Shown here piece by piece: positions 14,281-21,699 of a stretch of 25,281 nucleotides of DNA. Within the stretch, counting starts at the first letter, position 1, and every line of letters starts with the position of its first letter. Under the pieces are notes generated by a model. It did no database searches. It was not told where the DNA came from and was given only the letters and a program-made list of their open reading frames with translations. The translations under genes and the position numbers were made by a program. Source of the stretch: Polaromonas sp. (GTDB lineage: Bacteria > Pseudomonadota > Gammaproteobacteria > Burkholderiales > Burkholderiaceae_C); the NCBI GenBank assembly GCA_043764955.1, contig JAYUJX010000355.1, positions 1 through 25,281 of the forward strand, read 5' to 3'.

Positions 14281-14617
14281 TAATGACACACAAAATCAGA
14301 CGGCAATGAAAAGTAAAGAGGAAGTGGCTGCTTTGACTGAGTTGATAAGGACGCGTATGCCAGATACCTACAAAGCTATTAAGTTGAAGGCTGATTTGAT
14401 TGGCAACACGGCCTATGAGTATGTGAGGCGTGGTTTGCGGGGTGAACCTAATTGCTTTTATGCGTTTGAACGCTTCAATGTGGTGGGGACGAAGTTCAGC
14501 ATCGAGCATGAAGACGCGCTGGCTTTGGCTGGCTACATGGTGGAGTTTGGCTCTACGTTTTGCATCATCTTTGGTGATCGTTTAAAGAAGGCTGAGGTGG
14601 CACATGGCACGAATTGA
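14273..14617 (+). CDS. Hypothetical protein; start probably ATG 14273 (or 14306)
   Basis: AAAGG upstream. LIRTRMPDTYKAI...YEYVRRGLRGEPNCFYAFERFNVVGTKF. Overlaps the Q-like gene start. Confidence 0.72.
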   Translation: MDTNDTQNQTAMKSKEEVAALTELIRTRMPDTYKAIKLKADLIGNTAYEYVRRGLRGEPNCFYAFERFNVVGTKFSIEHEDALALAGYMVEFGSTFCIIFGDRLKKAEVAHGTN

Positions 14618-15026
14618 TTGGGTTGTCGCTAAGCTCAACAACTGGGCGCTATGGGTGCAGGCTGAGGCCAGTGGTGGTAGCGGGTACGCGACGCAGTCGG
14701 TCTTGTTGTCTGAGCCAGTAGATCGCACGCGCGAGATTGATTTGCGCAGCACGGTTGACAATGTGGAGGCGCTGCTGACGGACAAGGCAGTATCGTCTCT
14801 GCGGGTGGATCATGCGCAGATACATCGGACGATAGTGTGCATCTACATTGAAGATCGTGGTGTGCCAGGCACAGCGCAACAAATAGGGCGTGCTGTGCCA
14901 ACGGTGCATGCGAATCTAGCGCGGGGCGATGTGCTGCTGGGTATTTGGTTCAACCAACACCGAGAAACACAAGAGGTGTTGAAGCGTGGCTATGAGGCTG
15001 TGCAAACGTCTGCACAAGCTGATTAA
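14604..15026 (+). CDS. Late antiterminator Q-like protein
   Basis: MARIDWV..KL.NWA.W...G.GY N-terminus and C-terminal sigma-region-4-like HTH (IY......GTAQQIGRAVPTVHANLARG). Position before a promoter-terminator pair and the packaging genes. Confidence 0.78.
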   Translation: MARIDWVVAKLNNWALWVQAEASGGSGYATQSVLLSEPVDRTREIDLRSTVDNVEALLTDKAVSSLRVDHAQIHRTIVCIYIEDRGVPGTAQQIGRAVPTVHANLARGDVLLGIWFNQHRETQEVLKRGYEAVQTSAQAD

Positions 15027-15065
15027 GATACAAAGAGAAATGCAGAATACTAAAAGGGGCACATC

Positions 15066-15239
15066 ATGAGTAAATTTAATTTGTTTATTGAAGCTTTGCA
15101 AAAATTATGTATAGAGCACAAAGTTGTAGTTAGCACCTTAGGGTACGATTGCCTGCAGGTGTGGGATTTGGAATGCGAAGGTGATCTGTTAAGACAAATA
15201 GATAGCATCGAAGATCAAACTTCAAACAATTTGGGTTAA
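15066..15239 (+). CDS. 57-aa acidic hypothetical protein (absent from ORF track)
   Basis: AAAAGGGG SD, ATG 15066, MSKFNLFIEALQKLCIEHKVVVSTLGYDCLQVWDLECEGDLLRQIDSIEDQTSNNLG, TAA at 15237-15239. AT-rich. Confidence 0.7.
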   Translation: MSKFNLFIEALQKLCIEHKVVVSTLGYDCLQVWDLECEGDLLRQIDSIEDQTSNNLG

Positions 15240-15258
15240 ATATATTTTTTGAAAAAGA

Positions 15259-15286
15259 TTGACACCTGAGATGAATATGCTACATT
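15259..15286 (+). promoter_or_regulatory. Late promoter (PR'-like)
   Basis: TTGACA (15259-15264), 16 bp ending in TGC, TACATT (15281-15286), i.e. an extended -10. Followed about 30 nt later by a terminator. Confidence 0.72.
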
Positions 15287-15315
15287 TATGGCATTCTTGA
15301 CATTTCCACACCCTG

Positions 15316-15346
15316 AAGCCTACTGATTAATGTCCGTAGGCTTTTT
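15316..15346 (+). terminator. Intrinsic terminator (tR'-like)
   Basis: AAGCCTAC-N12-GTAGGCTT then TTT and further T-rich sequence. Matches the lambda Q / PR' / tR' layout. Confidence 0.8.
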
Positions 15347-15385
15347 GCTTTGTGCTTTAACTTTTTTAATTGAGAACATTATGTA

Positions 15386-15742
15386 ATGCCTACAGCAGCG
15401 CCTAGACCTTGTGGTCACCCTGGATGTGGTGCGTTGGTGCGTGATGGCAGTGGGCGTTGTGCTAAGCACATCAAGGAAGCGTGGGCCAAGCCTGTGACTA
15501 CGACCAAGCGTATCACAGGGCGTAAGCTGCAAGAGATGCGTAAGGCGTTGTTCACTAGGTCACCCTTATGTGCAGCGTGTGAGTTGGTAGGGCGTGTGAC
15601 ATTGGCAACGCAACGTGATCACATCATCCCGCTGGCTGAGGGTGGAGAAGACAACGATGGCAACACGCAAGGCCTGTGCTTTGCTTGCCATGAAACAAAA
15701 TCAATCGAAGAATCAAAACGAGGACGAGCGCGGCATCGATGA
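15386..15742 (+). CDS. Packaging-associated HNH endonuclease (HK97 gp74-like)
   Basis: MP.AAPRPC.HPGC...C..H, PLCAAC, RDHIIPL..GG....N.QGLC.ACH..K. Immediately before cos/TerS. Confidence 0.92.
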   Translation: MPTAAPRPCGHPGCGALVRDGSGRCAKHIKEAWAKPVTTTKRITGRKLQEMRKALFTRSPLCAACELVGRVTLATQRDHIIPLAEGGEDNDGNTQGLCFACHETKSIEESKRGRARHR

Positions 15743-15751
15743 TGCAACGCG

Positions 15752-15850
15752 ATGGGGAGGGGCGGTTCAAAAGTCTGCAACTCTTTTGACGGAAACCGAC
15801 TGTTAAGCTAAATTTTTTTGTGCGGGAGTTATGGGGAGGGGGGTACTCCC
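15752..15850. other. Probable cos (packaging initiation) region
   Basis: Intergenic between HNH and TerS with the GGGG.GG.TCAAAAGTCTG...GGAAACCG...AAATTTTTT.TG.GCG.GA...GGGGG layout typical of HK97-like cos regions. The exact cut site cannot be read from sequence. Confidence 0.6.
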
Positions 15851-15936
15851 TCGGGTCGAATTGCTAGTCAATTCTGCTCTGCAAATCACACTTTCCCGCC
15901 GTGCAGATGTCTGCACATCATTCAATTGGAGGATTT

Positions 15937-16485
15937 ATGGGACAACGTGGCCCCGCACCGTTGCCCGCAAATGTCCATTTGCTTCGGGGCAACCCTAGCA
16001 AGAAAAACTTAGGCGCGATTCTTGATGAGTTCAAGCCTGAAGTTGAGATTCCAAATTTCCCATCGTGGATTTGGCCAGAAGCCAAAAAAGAATGGAAACG
16101 CATGTCGTTCGAGTTAGAACGCTATGGCTTGATTTCAAAACTTGACCGTGCCGCCCTGGTGTTGTACTGCCAAGCGTGGGCCAAGATGGTTTGGGCTGAG
16201 CAACAACTCACCCGCGCCATGGCTAAGGCAGAAAACGACCGCGCAGCTGCTGAAGCCGCTGGCCAAGAGTACACCGGGGGCGATGGCTTCATGGTTAAAA
16301 CGGCTGGTGGCAATTTAACTTATTCACACCACTGGGTTATTGGTAAACAAGCCTCAGCTGACGTGAAACGCTACCTCGATTTGTTCGGTTTATCGCCATC
16401 ATCCCGCGCTGGTGTCACCCGAAGTGACAACCGGCAGGGCAAATTGTTTGACCCTGCATCGCAGGACGACTGGAATGGCTTGTAA
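15937..16485 (+). CDS. terS: Terminase small subunit, P27 family; start corrected to ATG 15937
   Basis: GGAGG SD. MGQRGPAP.P..VHLLRGNPSK...P.W....AKKEWKR...EL...GL...LD.AAL..YC.AW...FGLSPSSRA. TAATG overlap with terL. Confidence 0.93.
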   Translation: MGQRGPAPLPANVHLLRGNPSKKNLGAILDEFKPEVEIPNFPSWIWPEAKKEWKRMSFELERYGLISKLDRAALVLYCQAWAKMVWAEQQLTRAMAKAENDRAAAEAAGQEYTGGDGFMVKTAGGNLTYSHHWVIGKQASADVKRYLDLFGLSPSSRAGVTRSDNRQGKLFDPASQDDWNGL

Positions 16486-18218
16486 TGTTAGACACCACTT
16501 TTGGCGACATCGTCACCAGCTATGCGAAAGACGTCGTTTCCGGCAAAATCATCTCATGCAAATGGCACAGATTGGCCTGCCAACGGCACTTAAACAACCT
16601 TGAGCAGATAGGAAAACCCAACTTCCCCTACCTGTGGAACCCTGAATTAGTCAGTGTCAGTGGCAAAACTTACCGCCCAGCTGAGCGCATTTGCAAATTT
16701 GCCCAGCTAATGCCGCACATCAAGGGCGACTGGGCCGCACGTGGCGAGTTGATCAAACTTGGCGCGTGGCAAATATTTCTTTTAGGCAGCATTTTTGGCT
16801 GGGTGCATAAAGACACGTTTAAGCGTCGCTTCCGTGTGGCAGATATCATCGTCCCGCGCAAAAATGCGAAGTCCACGCTGGCTGCCGTCATTGGTTTGTA
16901 CATGCTGGGGCCAGATGAAGAATTTGGTGCTGAGATTTACTCAGGTGCGACCTCGCAAGACCAAGCGCTTGAGGTGTTTCGCCCCGCCCTACTGATGGCA
17001 CGTGCCACACCGCGATTTTGTCAAACCTACGGCGTGTCTCCCAACGCCTCGAACCTGTCGATTGTTGAAAACAACTCCAAGTTTGAGCCAGTGATTGGCA
17101 AGCCTGGCGATGGTGCATCGCCCAGTTGCGCGATTGTGGACGAATACCACGAACACAAAACCGCTGAACTGTTTGACACCATGCAGACCGGTATGGGCGC
17201 ACGGTCACAGCCTTTGATGTTGGTTATCACCACCGCAGGCTCAGACATCAGCGGCCCGTGCTACTTGCACCAAGTCGGACTGCAAAAGATTTTAGAAGGC
17301 GTGGTTGAAAACGATCAACGCTTTGGGATCATCTTCACCGTTGATGATGACGACGACTGGACATCTGAGCAAGCACTTCGAAAAGCCAACCCAAACTTTG
17401 GCGTTTCAGTCGATGACGAATTTTTAAAACTGCAACAGCGCGACGCAAAAGACGACCCACGCAAGCAAAACGTTTTTAAAACCAAGCATTTGGACATTTG
17501 GGTTGCAGCCGCGTCGCCTTGGCTTAATTTGTTTAATCTGCAAAAAGCTGGCGACAGTAATTTGACGGTTGACCAAGAAGAATGGGACGGCAGCGTTATC
17601 GGTCTTGACCTTGCCAGCAAGCAAGACATTGCATCGTTTGAAACTTTGTGCTGGAAGGGCAGCGGTGAAAAACGCCACTACTACTCATTCACCAAAAACT
17701 ATGTGCCAGAAGCTGCGCTTGAGAAACCCGAGAACGCCCACTACCAAGCATGGGTCAACGCGGGTTACTTGATCGCCACACCCGGCACGATGATTTCATT
17801 GACGCAAATTGAAGAAGATGTCATCGACATGACCCGCTTGATTGGCTGCCGCGAAGTCGCCAAAGACCCGTGGGGCGGTCACCAAATGGGTGCAAATTTA
17901 GAAGAAGAAGGCATCACCGTTGTGGACATCCCGCAGCAAGTGCGCTACTTAAGCGACCCGATGAAAGAAATCGCCGCCCTCGTAGACGCAGGCCGCTATC
18001 ACCATGACGACAACCCGTGCACCGTTTGGCAGATGAGCAACGTCGAGGTGAAAGAAGACCGCAACGAAAACATTTTCCCGCGCAAATCGCGTGCCAGTAA
18101 CAAGATTGACGCAGCCATTGCAAAGATCGTCGCTATGAATAGGGCGATGGCGTCTGTAGAAATAGAGGACAACATCGATGACTTTATCAACGACATTATC
18201 GGAGCTTCGTTAAGCTGA
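16485..18218 (+). CDS. terL: Terminase large subunit (HK97/Terminase_1 type)
   Basis: L..WQ.F, VPRKNAKST (Walker A), GAEIYSGATSQDQA, AIVDEYHEH (Walker B), ITTAG, GLDLASKQD nuclease motif, KIDAAIA. Confidence 0.97.
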   Translation: MLDTTFGDIVTSYAKDVVSGKIISCKWHRLACQRHLNNLEQIGKPNFPYLWNPELVSVSGKTYRPAERICKFAQLMPHIKGDWAARGELIKLGAWQIFLLGSIFGWVHKDTFKRRFRVADIIVPRKNAKSTLAAVIGLYMLGPDEEFGAEIYSGATSQDQALEVFRPALLMARATPRFCQTYGVSPNASNLSIVENNSKFEPVIGKPGDGASPSCAIVDEYHEHKTAELFDTMQTGMGARSQPLMLVITTAGSDISGPCYLHQVGLQKILEGVVENDQRFGIIFTVDDDDDWTSEQALRKANPNFGVSVDDEFLKLQQRDAKDDPRKQNVFKTKHLDIWVAAASPWLNLFNLQKAGDSNLTVDQEEWDGSVIGLDLASKQDIASFETLCWKGSGEKRHYYSFTKNYVPEAALEKPENAHYQAWVNAGYLIATPGTMISLTQIEEDVIDMTRLIGCREVAKDPWGGHQMGANLEEEGITVVDIPQQVRYLSDPMKEIAALVDAGRYHHDDNPCTVWQMSNVEVKEDRNENIFPRKSRASNKIDAAIAKIVAMNRAMASVEIEDNIDDFINDIIGASLS

Positions 18219-19441
18219 TGGCCTTCTACAGCAAATGGTTTGGGCGAAGTGCTGCCCTGGCTGAGAGCACTGGTGTGCAAACCAATTCGCCTAGTGTCGC
18301 GCTCGTGTCAGACACGGCCAGCATTGGTGTTGACGGCGCGTTGCAGCTCAGCACCGTGTGGGCTTGCATTGAACTGCGGGCCAACACAATCGCCAGCTTG
18401 CCGTTTTTTGCCTACCAACAAATCAACGGCCAACGCACTTTGGCACGCACCAGTCGCTTGTATTCGCTGCTGCATGAGTCGCCAAACAGCCGCATGACAC
18501 CTTTTGAATTCTGGCGCGCCATGATGATGAACCACGATCTGCGTGGCAACGCCTATGCCCGCATCGACCGCGCCCCTGATGGTGAAGCCATCGCCTTGTG
18601 GCCCATGCCTGCGGATCAGGTGGAATGCAAAGTCTTGGACGATGGCAGTCTCGCTTACTTCTACAGCTTTGGAAGCACGGAAATCGCTTTGTTTGAACAA
18701 GATGTATTGCATCTCAAAAACCTAGGTAACGGCACGACTGGATTGGCTAAATTGGACTTCATGCGGTCGACCACCGACGAAGTCACCAAAGCTCAGACGG
18801 CTGCGTCTCGAACCTTTGGCAATGGTGGTAAGCCCACTGGTATTTTGACCTCTGAAAGTGTGCTTTCTGCGGCTCAGCGCGAAGCATTAAAAACCAGTTT
18901 TTCGCAATTGTCAGAAGGTGGCGTTCAAAAATTGATGGTTTTAGAAGCCTCGCTGAAGTATCAACAAGTGAGCATGACCCCTGAAGACCAGCAGCTGCTA
19001 GAAACTCGTAACTTTGGCGTCGAAGAAATCTGCCGTTGGTTCGGTATGCCCTCTATTTTAGTTAATCAAAACGGTGTCACCGCTTGGGGTTCAGGCATCC
19101 AAACCATCCTTGAAGGCTGGGTAACGCTGCAGATGCGGCCACTGCTTGTCAATATTGAGCAAGCCACCAAAAAACGCGTCATGACCGCCAAGCAGCGCTC
19201 AAACATGTCGATTGAGTTCAGCCTAGACGCTTTGTTGCGTGGCAGTCTCAAAGACCGCATGGCAATCTATGCGCAAGCCACACAAAACGGCATCTACACC
19301 CGCAACGAAGCCCGTCAGCTTGAGAACATGCCGCCTGATGTTGCTGGCGACGCTCTGACGGCACAAAGCAACCTAGTCCCGCTAAAAATGCTAGGCACAC
19401 AGACTGCCAGCGGTGGCAACGGTTCAACAATTGCACAGTAA
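18218..19441 (+). CDS. Portal protein, HK97 family
   Basis: ALQLSTVWACIEL.A.TIASLP, L..SPN..MT.FEFW, L.GNAY, LWP, DVLHLK, GNGGKP.GIL, VLEASLKY, QLLETRNF...EICR.FG.P, LLRGSLKDR, T.NEARQLENMPP. Confidence 0.97.
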   Translation: MAFYSKWFGRSAALAESTGVQTNSPSVALVSDTASIGVDGALQLSTVWACIELRANTIASLPFFAYQQINGQRTLARTSRLYSLLHESPNSRMTPFEFWRAMMMNHDLRGNAYARIDRAPDGEAIALWPMPADQVECKVLDDGSLAYFYSFGSTEIALFEQDVLHLKNLGNGTTGLAKLDFMRSTTDEVTKAQTAASRTFGNGGKPTGILTSESVLSAAQREALKTSFSQLSEGGVQKLMVLEASLKYQQVSMTPEDQQLLETRNFGVEEICRWFGMPSILVNQNGVTAWGSGIQTILEGWVTLQMRPLLVNIEQATKKRVMTAKQRSNMSIEFSLDALLRGSLKDRMAIYAQATQNGIYTRNEARQLENMPPDVAGDALTAQSNLVPLKMLGTQTASGGNGSTIAQ

Positions 19442-19454
19442 AAAAAGGAAAACC

Positions 19455-20147
19455 ATGTCCGCAATCCTACGCAAAGCGCTTGCCATGCAAGCCGTGCAGA
19501 TCAAACTGCAAGGCGATACGCCCACGTTTCAGGGCTACGCCTCCACCTTTGGCAACGTTGACAGCTACGGTGACACCATCGTCAAGGGTGCTTATGCCGA
19601 CACGCTGAAGAAAAACGGTCTACCCAAGATGTTTTTTAACCACGACAGCTACAAAGTGCCGCTGGGCAAGTGGGTTGACGCAAAAGAAGACGATTACGGC
19701 CTGCTGCTGACTGGTGAGTTCACCCCTGGCAACGCCAAAGCCGCTGAAGTCCGCGCAGCCCTGCAGCATGGCACAGTTGACAGCCTATCCATCGGCTACA
19801 GCCTGAAGTCCGGTGACTTTGACGAAACCGAGAAGGGCCGCACGATTCGCAAGGTGCATCGCTTGATGGAAACCTCTATCGTGACGTTTCCGGCCGACAG
19901 TTTTGCTCGGGTTGACCTTGCCAGCGTCAAGAGCATTGATTTTGAAGCGGTTTTGCCCGAGTGCAAGACCGAACGTGACATTGAACGGTTGCTGCGGGAT
20001 GCAGGGCTGGGCAAATGGGAGGCCATGGCACTGGTTTCCCGCGCTAAAACCATCTTTGCAGGCGGGATGCCAGCACCTGATGATGAGGCGAAAAACATGG
20101 CCGCTCTGGTATCCCGCATTAATGCGTTGGCTACCGCCACTGCATAA
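19455..20147 (+). CDS. Prohead maturation protease (HK97 family); start corrected to ATG 19455
   Basis: AAGGA SD. FQGYASTFGNVDSYGDTIVKGAY, MFFNHD, PLGKW, GLLLTGE, LSIGY, ETSIVTFPA. Confidence 0.96.
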   Translation: MSAILRKALAMQAVQIKLQGDTPTFQGYASTFGNVDSYGDTIVKGAYADTLKKNGLPKMFFNHDSYKVPLGKWVDAKEDDYGLLLTGEFTPGNAKAAEVRAALQHGTVDSLSIGYSLKSGDFDETEKGRTIRKVHRLMETSIVTFPADSFARVDLASVKSIDFEAVLPECKTERDIERLLRDAGLGKWEAMALVSRAKTIFAGGMPAPDDEAKNMAALVSRINALATATA

Positions 20148-20169
20148 ATCAATTTTTAAAGGAAAAATT

Positions 20170-21339
20170 ATGTCAATTGAAATTTTGATGAAATCCATCG
20201 ACGCGTTAGAAAAAAACATTGGCGCACAAGCCGACAAAGCCAATGGCGAATTTTTATCGCTTGGCAAAGTGTCCCAAGACACCAAAACCGCCCTCGAAAC
20301 GCTCGGCACGCAACAGCGTGAATTTGCCGACCGCTTGGTACAGATTGAGCAAAAAAGTTCAGCAAAAAGCGATGACGAGCCAACAGCCATCAGCCATGGC
20401 CAACAGTTCATTAAAAGTGACAGCTTTGGCAACTTGTTAAAAAACGGCATTCGTGGCCGCGCCAATGTCGAGTTGAAAAACACCATCACCAACGCCATCG
20501 GTGCCACATTTAGCGTGCGCCGCCCTGGTGTTGTTGAAGGCGCATTTCGCGTTTTTACGATTGAAGACTTGTTGACAAGCATTCCAACCACCTCAAATGC
20601 GGTCGATTGGGTGCGCGAAAACGTGTTTACCAACGCTGCTGCAGAGACGGCAGAAGGTGTGGTGAAGCCACAATCCAGCATCACCTTTGCAGCCGCCACC
20701 ATGCCTGTGTCAACTGTAGCGCATTGGCTCAAGATTACCCGTCAATTGGCTGCTGACAACGCCGCTTTGGCTGCGTACATTGACCGCCGCATGATCTACG
20801 GTGTCAACCTGCGGTCTGAAGGCCAGTTGATCGCAGGCAATGGCTTAGCGCCCAATTTGAGCGGCTTGACACAAGGCGGCAACTTCACCCCTCACGGCTA
20901 CAGCACCGCGTCTTTAACTGCGCTAGGCTTGTCGCCGACAAATCGTTTTGACTTGATCGGAAAAATGATCGGTGATTGTGCCTTGGCAGACTTCCCCGCA
21001 GATGCGGTGATTTTGAACACAGCCGATTGGTGGACAATGCGCCTGGCCAAAGACAGCCAGGGCCGCTATTTGTTGGGCGACCCATCATCCGGCTTGCCGC
21101 CATCGATCTGGGGTTTGCCAGTGGCCGCGTCAAACGCTATGGCTGCGGACACTGTCTTGGTTGGCAACTTGGCACAAGCCGCAACCCTGCACGACCGCCA
21201 AGCCGTCACGATTGACATGTCTGACTCTGACGAAAACAACTTCCAATTGAACTTGATCACCCTGCGTGCAGAACGCCGCTTGGCTTTGACGGTTGAAAAA
21301 CCAGCCGCCATACGCTTTGGTGATTTGACGCCAGCCTAA
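20170..21339 (+). CDS. Major capsid protein, HK97 fold; start corrected to ATG 20170
   Basis: AAGGA SD. Helical N-terminal delta-domain, then AETAEG..KPQSSITF, TVAHW.KITRQLAAD...L..YI...M.YGV, LI.GNG..PNL.GL, KDSQGRYL, F..N..TLRAE.RLAL.V..P.A. Confidence 0.97.
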   Translation: MSIEILMKSIDALEKNIGAQADKANGEFLSLGKVSQDTKTALETLGTQQREFADRLVQIEQKSSAKSDDEPTAISHGQQFIKSDSFGNLLKNGIRGRANVELKNTITNAIGATFSVRRPGVVEGAFRVFTIEDLLTSIPTTSNAVDWVRENVFTNAAAETAEGVVKPQSSITFAAATMPVSTVAHWLKITRQLAADNAALAAYIDRRMIYGVNLRSEGQLIAGNGLAPNLSGLTQGGNFTPHGYSTASLTALGLSPTNRFDLIGKMIGDCALADFPADAVILNTADWWTMRLAKDSQGRYLLGDPSSGLPPSIWGLPVAASNAMAADTVLVGNLAQAATLHDRQAVTIDMSDSDENNFQLNLITLRAERRLALTVEKPAAIRFGDLTPA

Positions 21340-21362
21340 TCCGCTGACGGTTTAACGTAACC

Positions 21363-21400
21363 CCAAAAAACCAGTCTTAAAACCGCTGGTTTTTTTTTGG
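21363..21400. terminator. Terminator-like hairpin after the capsid gene, A-tract and T-tract flanked
   Basis: AAAAAACCAG-N11-CTGGTTTTTTTTT. The downstream SD GGAG (21399-21402) abuts it. Confidence 0.6.
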
Positions 21401-21408
21401 AGAAATTC

Positions 21409-21612
21409 ATGGAACAAGTCGAAGTTGAAATATTGGGTCAAGTGACCACCAATCGCTATGGCACTTTAAGCACCGGTCAAATCCTGCGCACCGACGCAGA
21501 TTTTGCCAAGCATTTAGTAGATGACTGCAGCGCAGCCAAATACACCGCAGCCAAAGTCGCAAAAGAAGCGACCAAAGAAGCGGATAAAGAACCCGCAAAA
21601 AAGAAAAAATAA
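21409..21612 (+). CDS. Small capsid-adjacent protein (67 aa) with Lys/Ala-rich tail
   Basis: GGAG SD, ATG 21409. G.L..G.ILR.D...AKHLV...AAKY then AKEATKEADKEPAKKKK. This slot after the capsid gene is common in HK97-like phages. Confidence 0.8.
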   Translation: MEQVEVEILGQVTTNRYGTLSTGQILRTDADFAKHLVDDCSAAKYTAAKVAKEATKEADKEPAKKKK

Positions 21613-21640
21613 ACCCTATAGCCGCCGTATTTACTGCCTA

Positions 21641-21665
21641 AATTGCTATTGAATAAATAGCAATT
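21641..21665. repeat. Perfect 10-bp inverted repeat AATTGCTATT-GAATA-AATAGCAATT
   Basis: Arms at 21641-21650 and 21656-21665, intergenic, no following U-tract. Confidence 0.9.
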
Positions 21666-21699
21666 GTGAGAGTCAATATAACTAAAATAAAAACACACT

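Noticed and set aside
15297-15326. Second TTGACA as an independent promoter
   Set aside because: No convincing -10 at 16-18 bp. It may instead be part of the sigma-dependent pause element after PR'.
16852-16878. TerL Walker A reading RKNAKST instead of RKNGKS
   Set aside because: Such variation is seen in terminases of this type and all other motifs are intact; no sign of pseudogenisation.
19903-20169. Upstream extensions of capsid (19903), protease (19413), terS (15901), cro (10223) and Rz (1298)
   Set aside because: They overlap neighbouring genes or promoters. Downstream ATGs have SDs or coupling and give family-typical N-termini.
19785-20732. 315-aa minus-strand ORF and other long antisense ORFs over terL, portal, capsid, primase (e.g. 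11899-12381) and parB (e.g. 6457-7017)
   Set aside because: They are shadows of well-supported genes on the opposite strand, with no SD, no motifs and biased composition.
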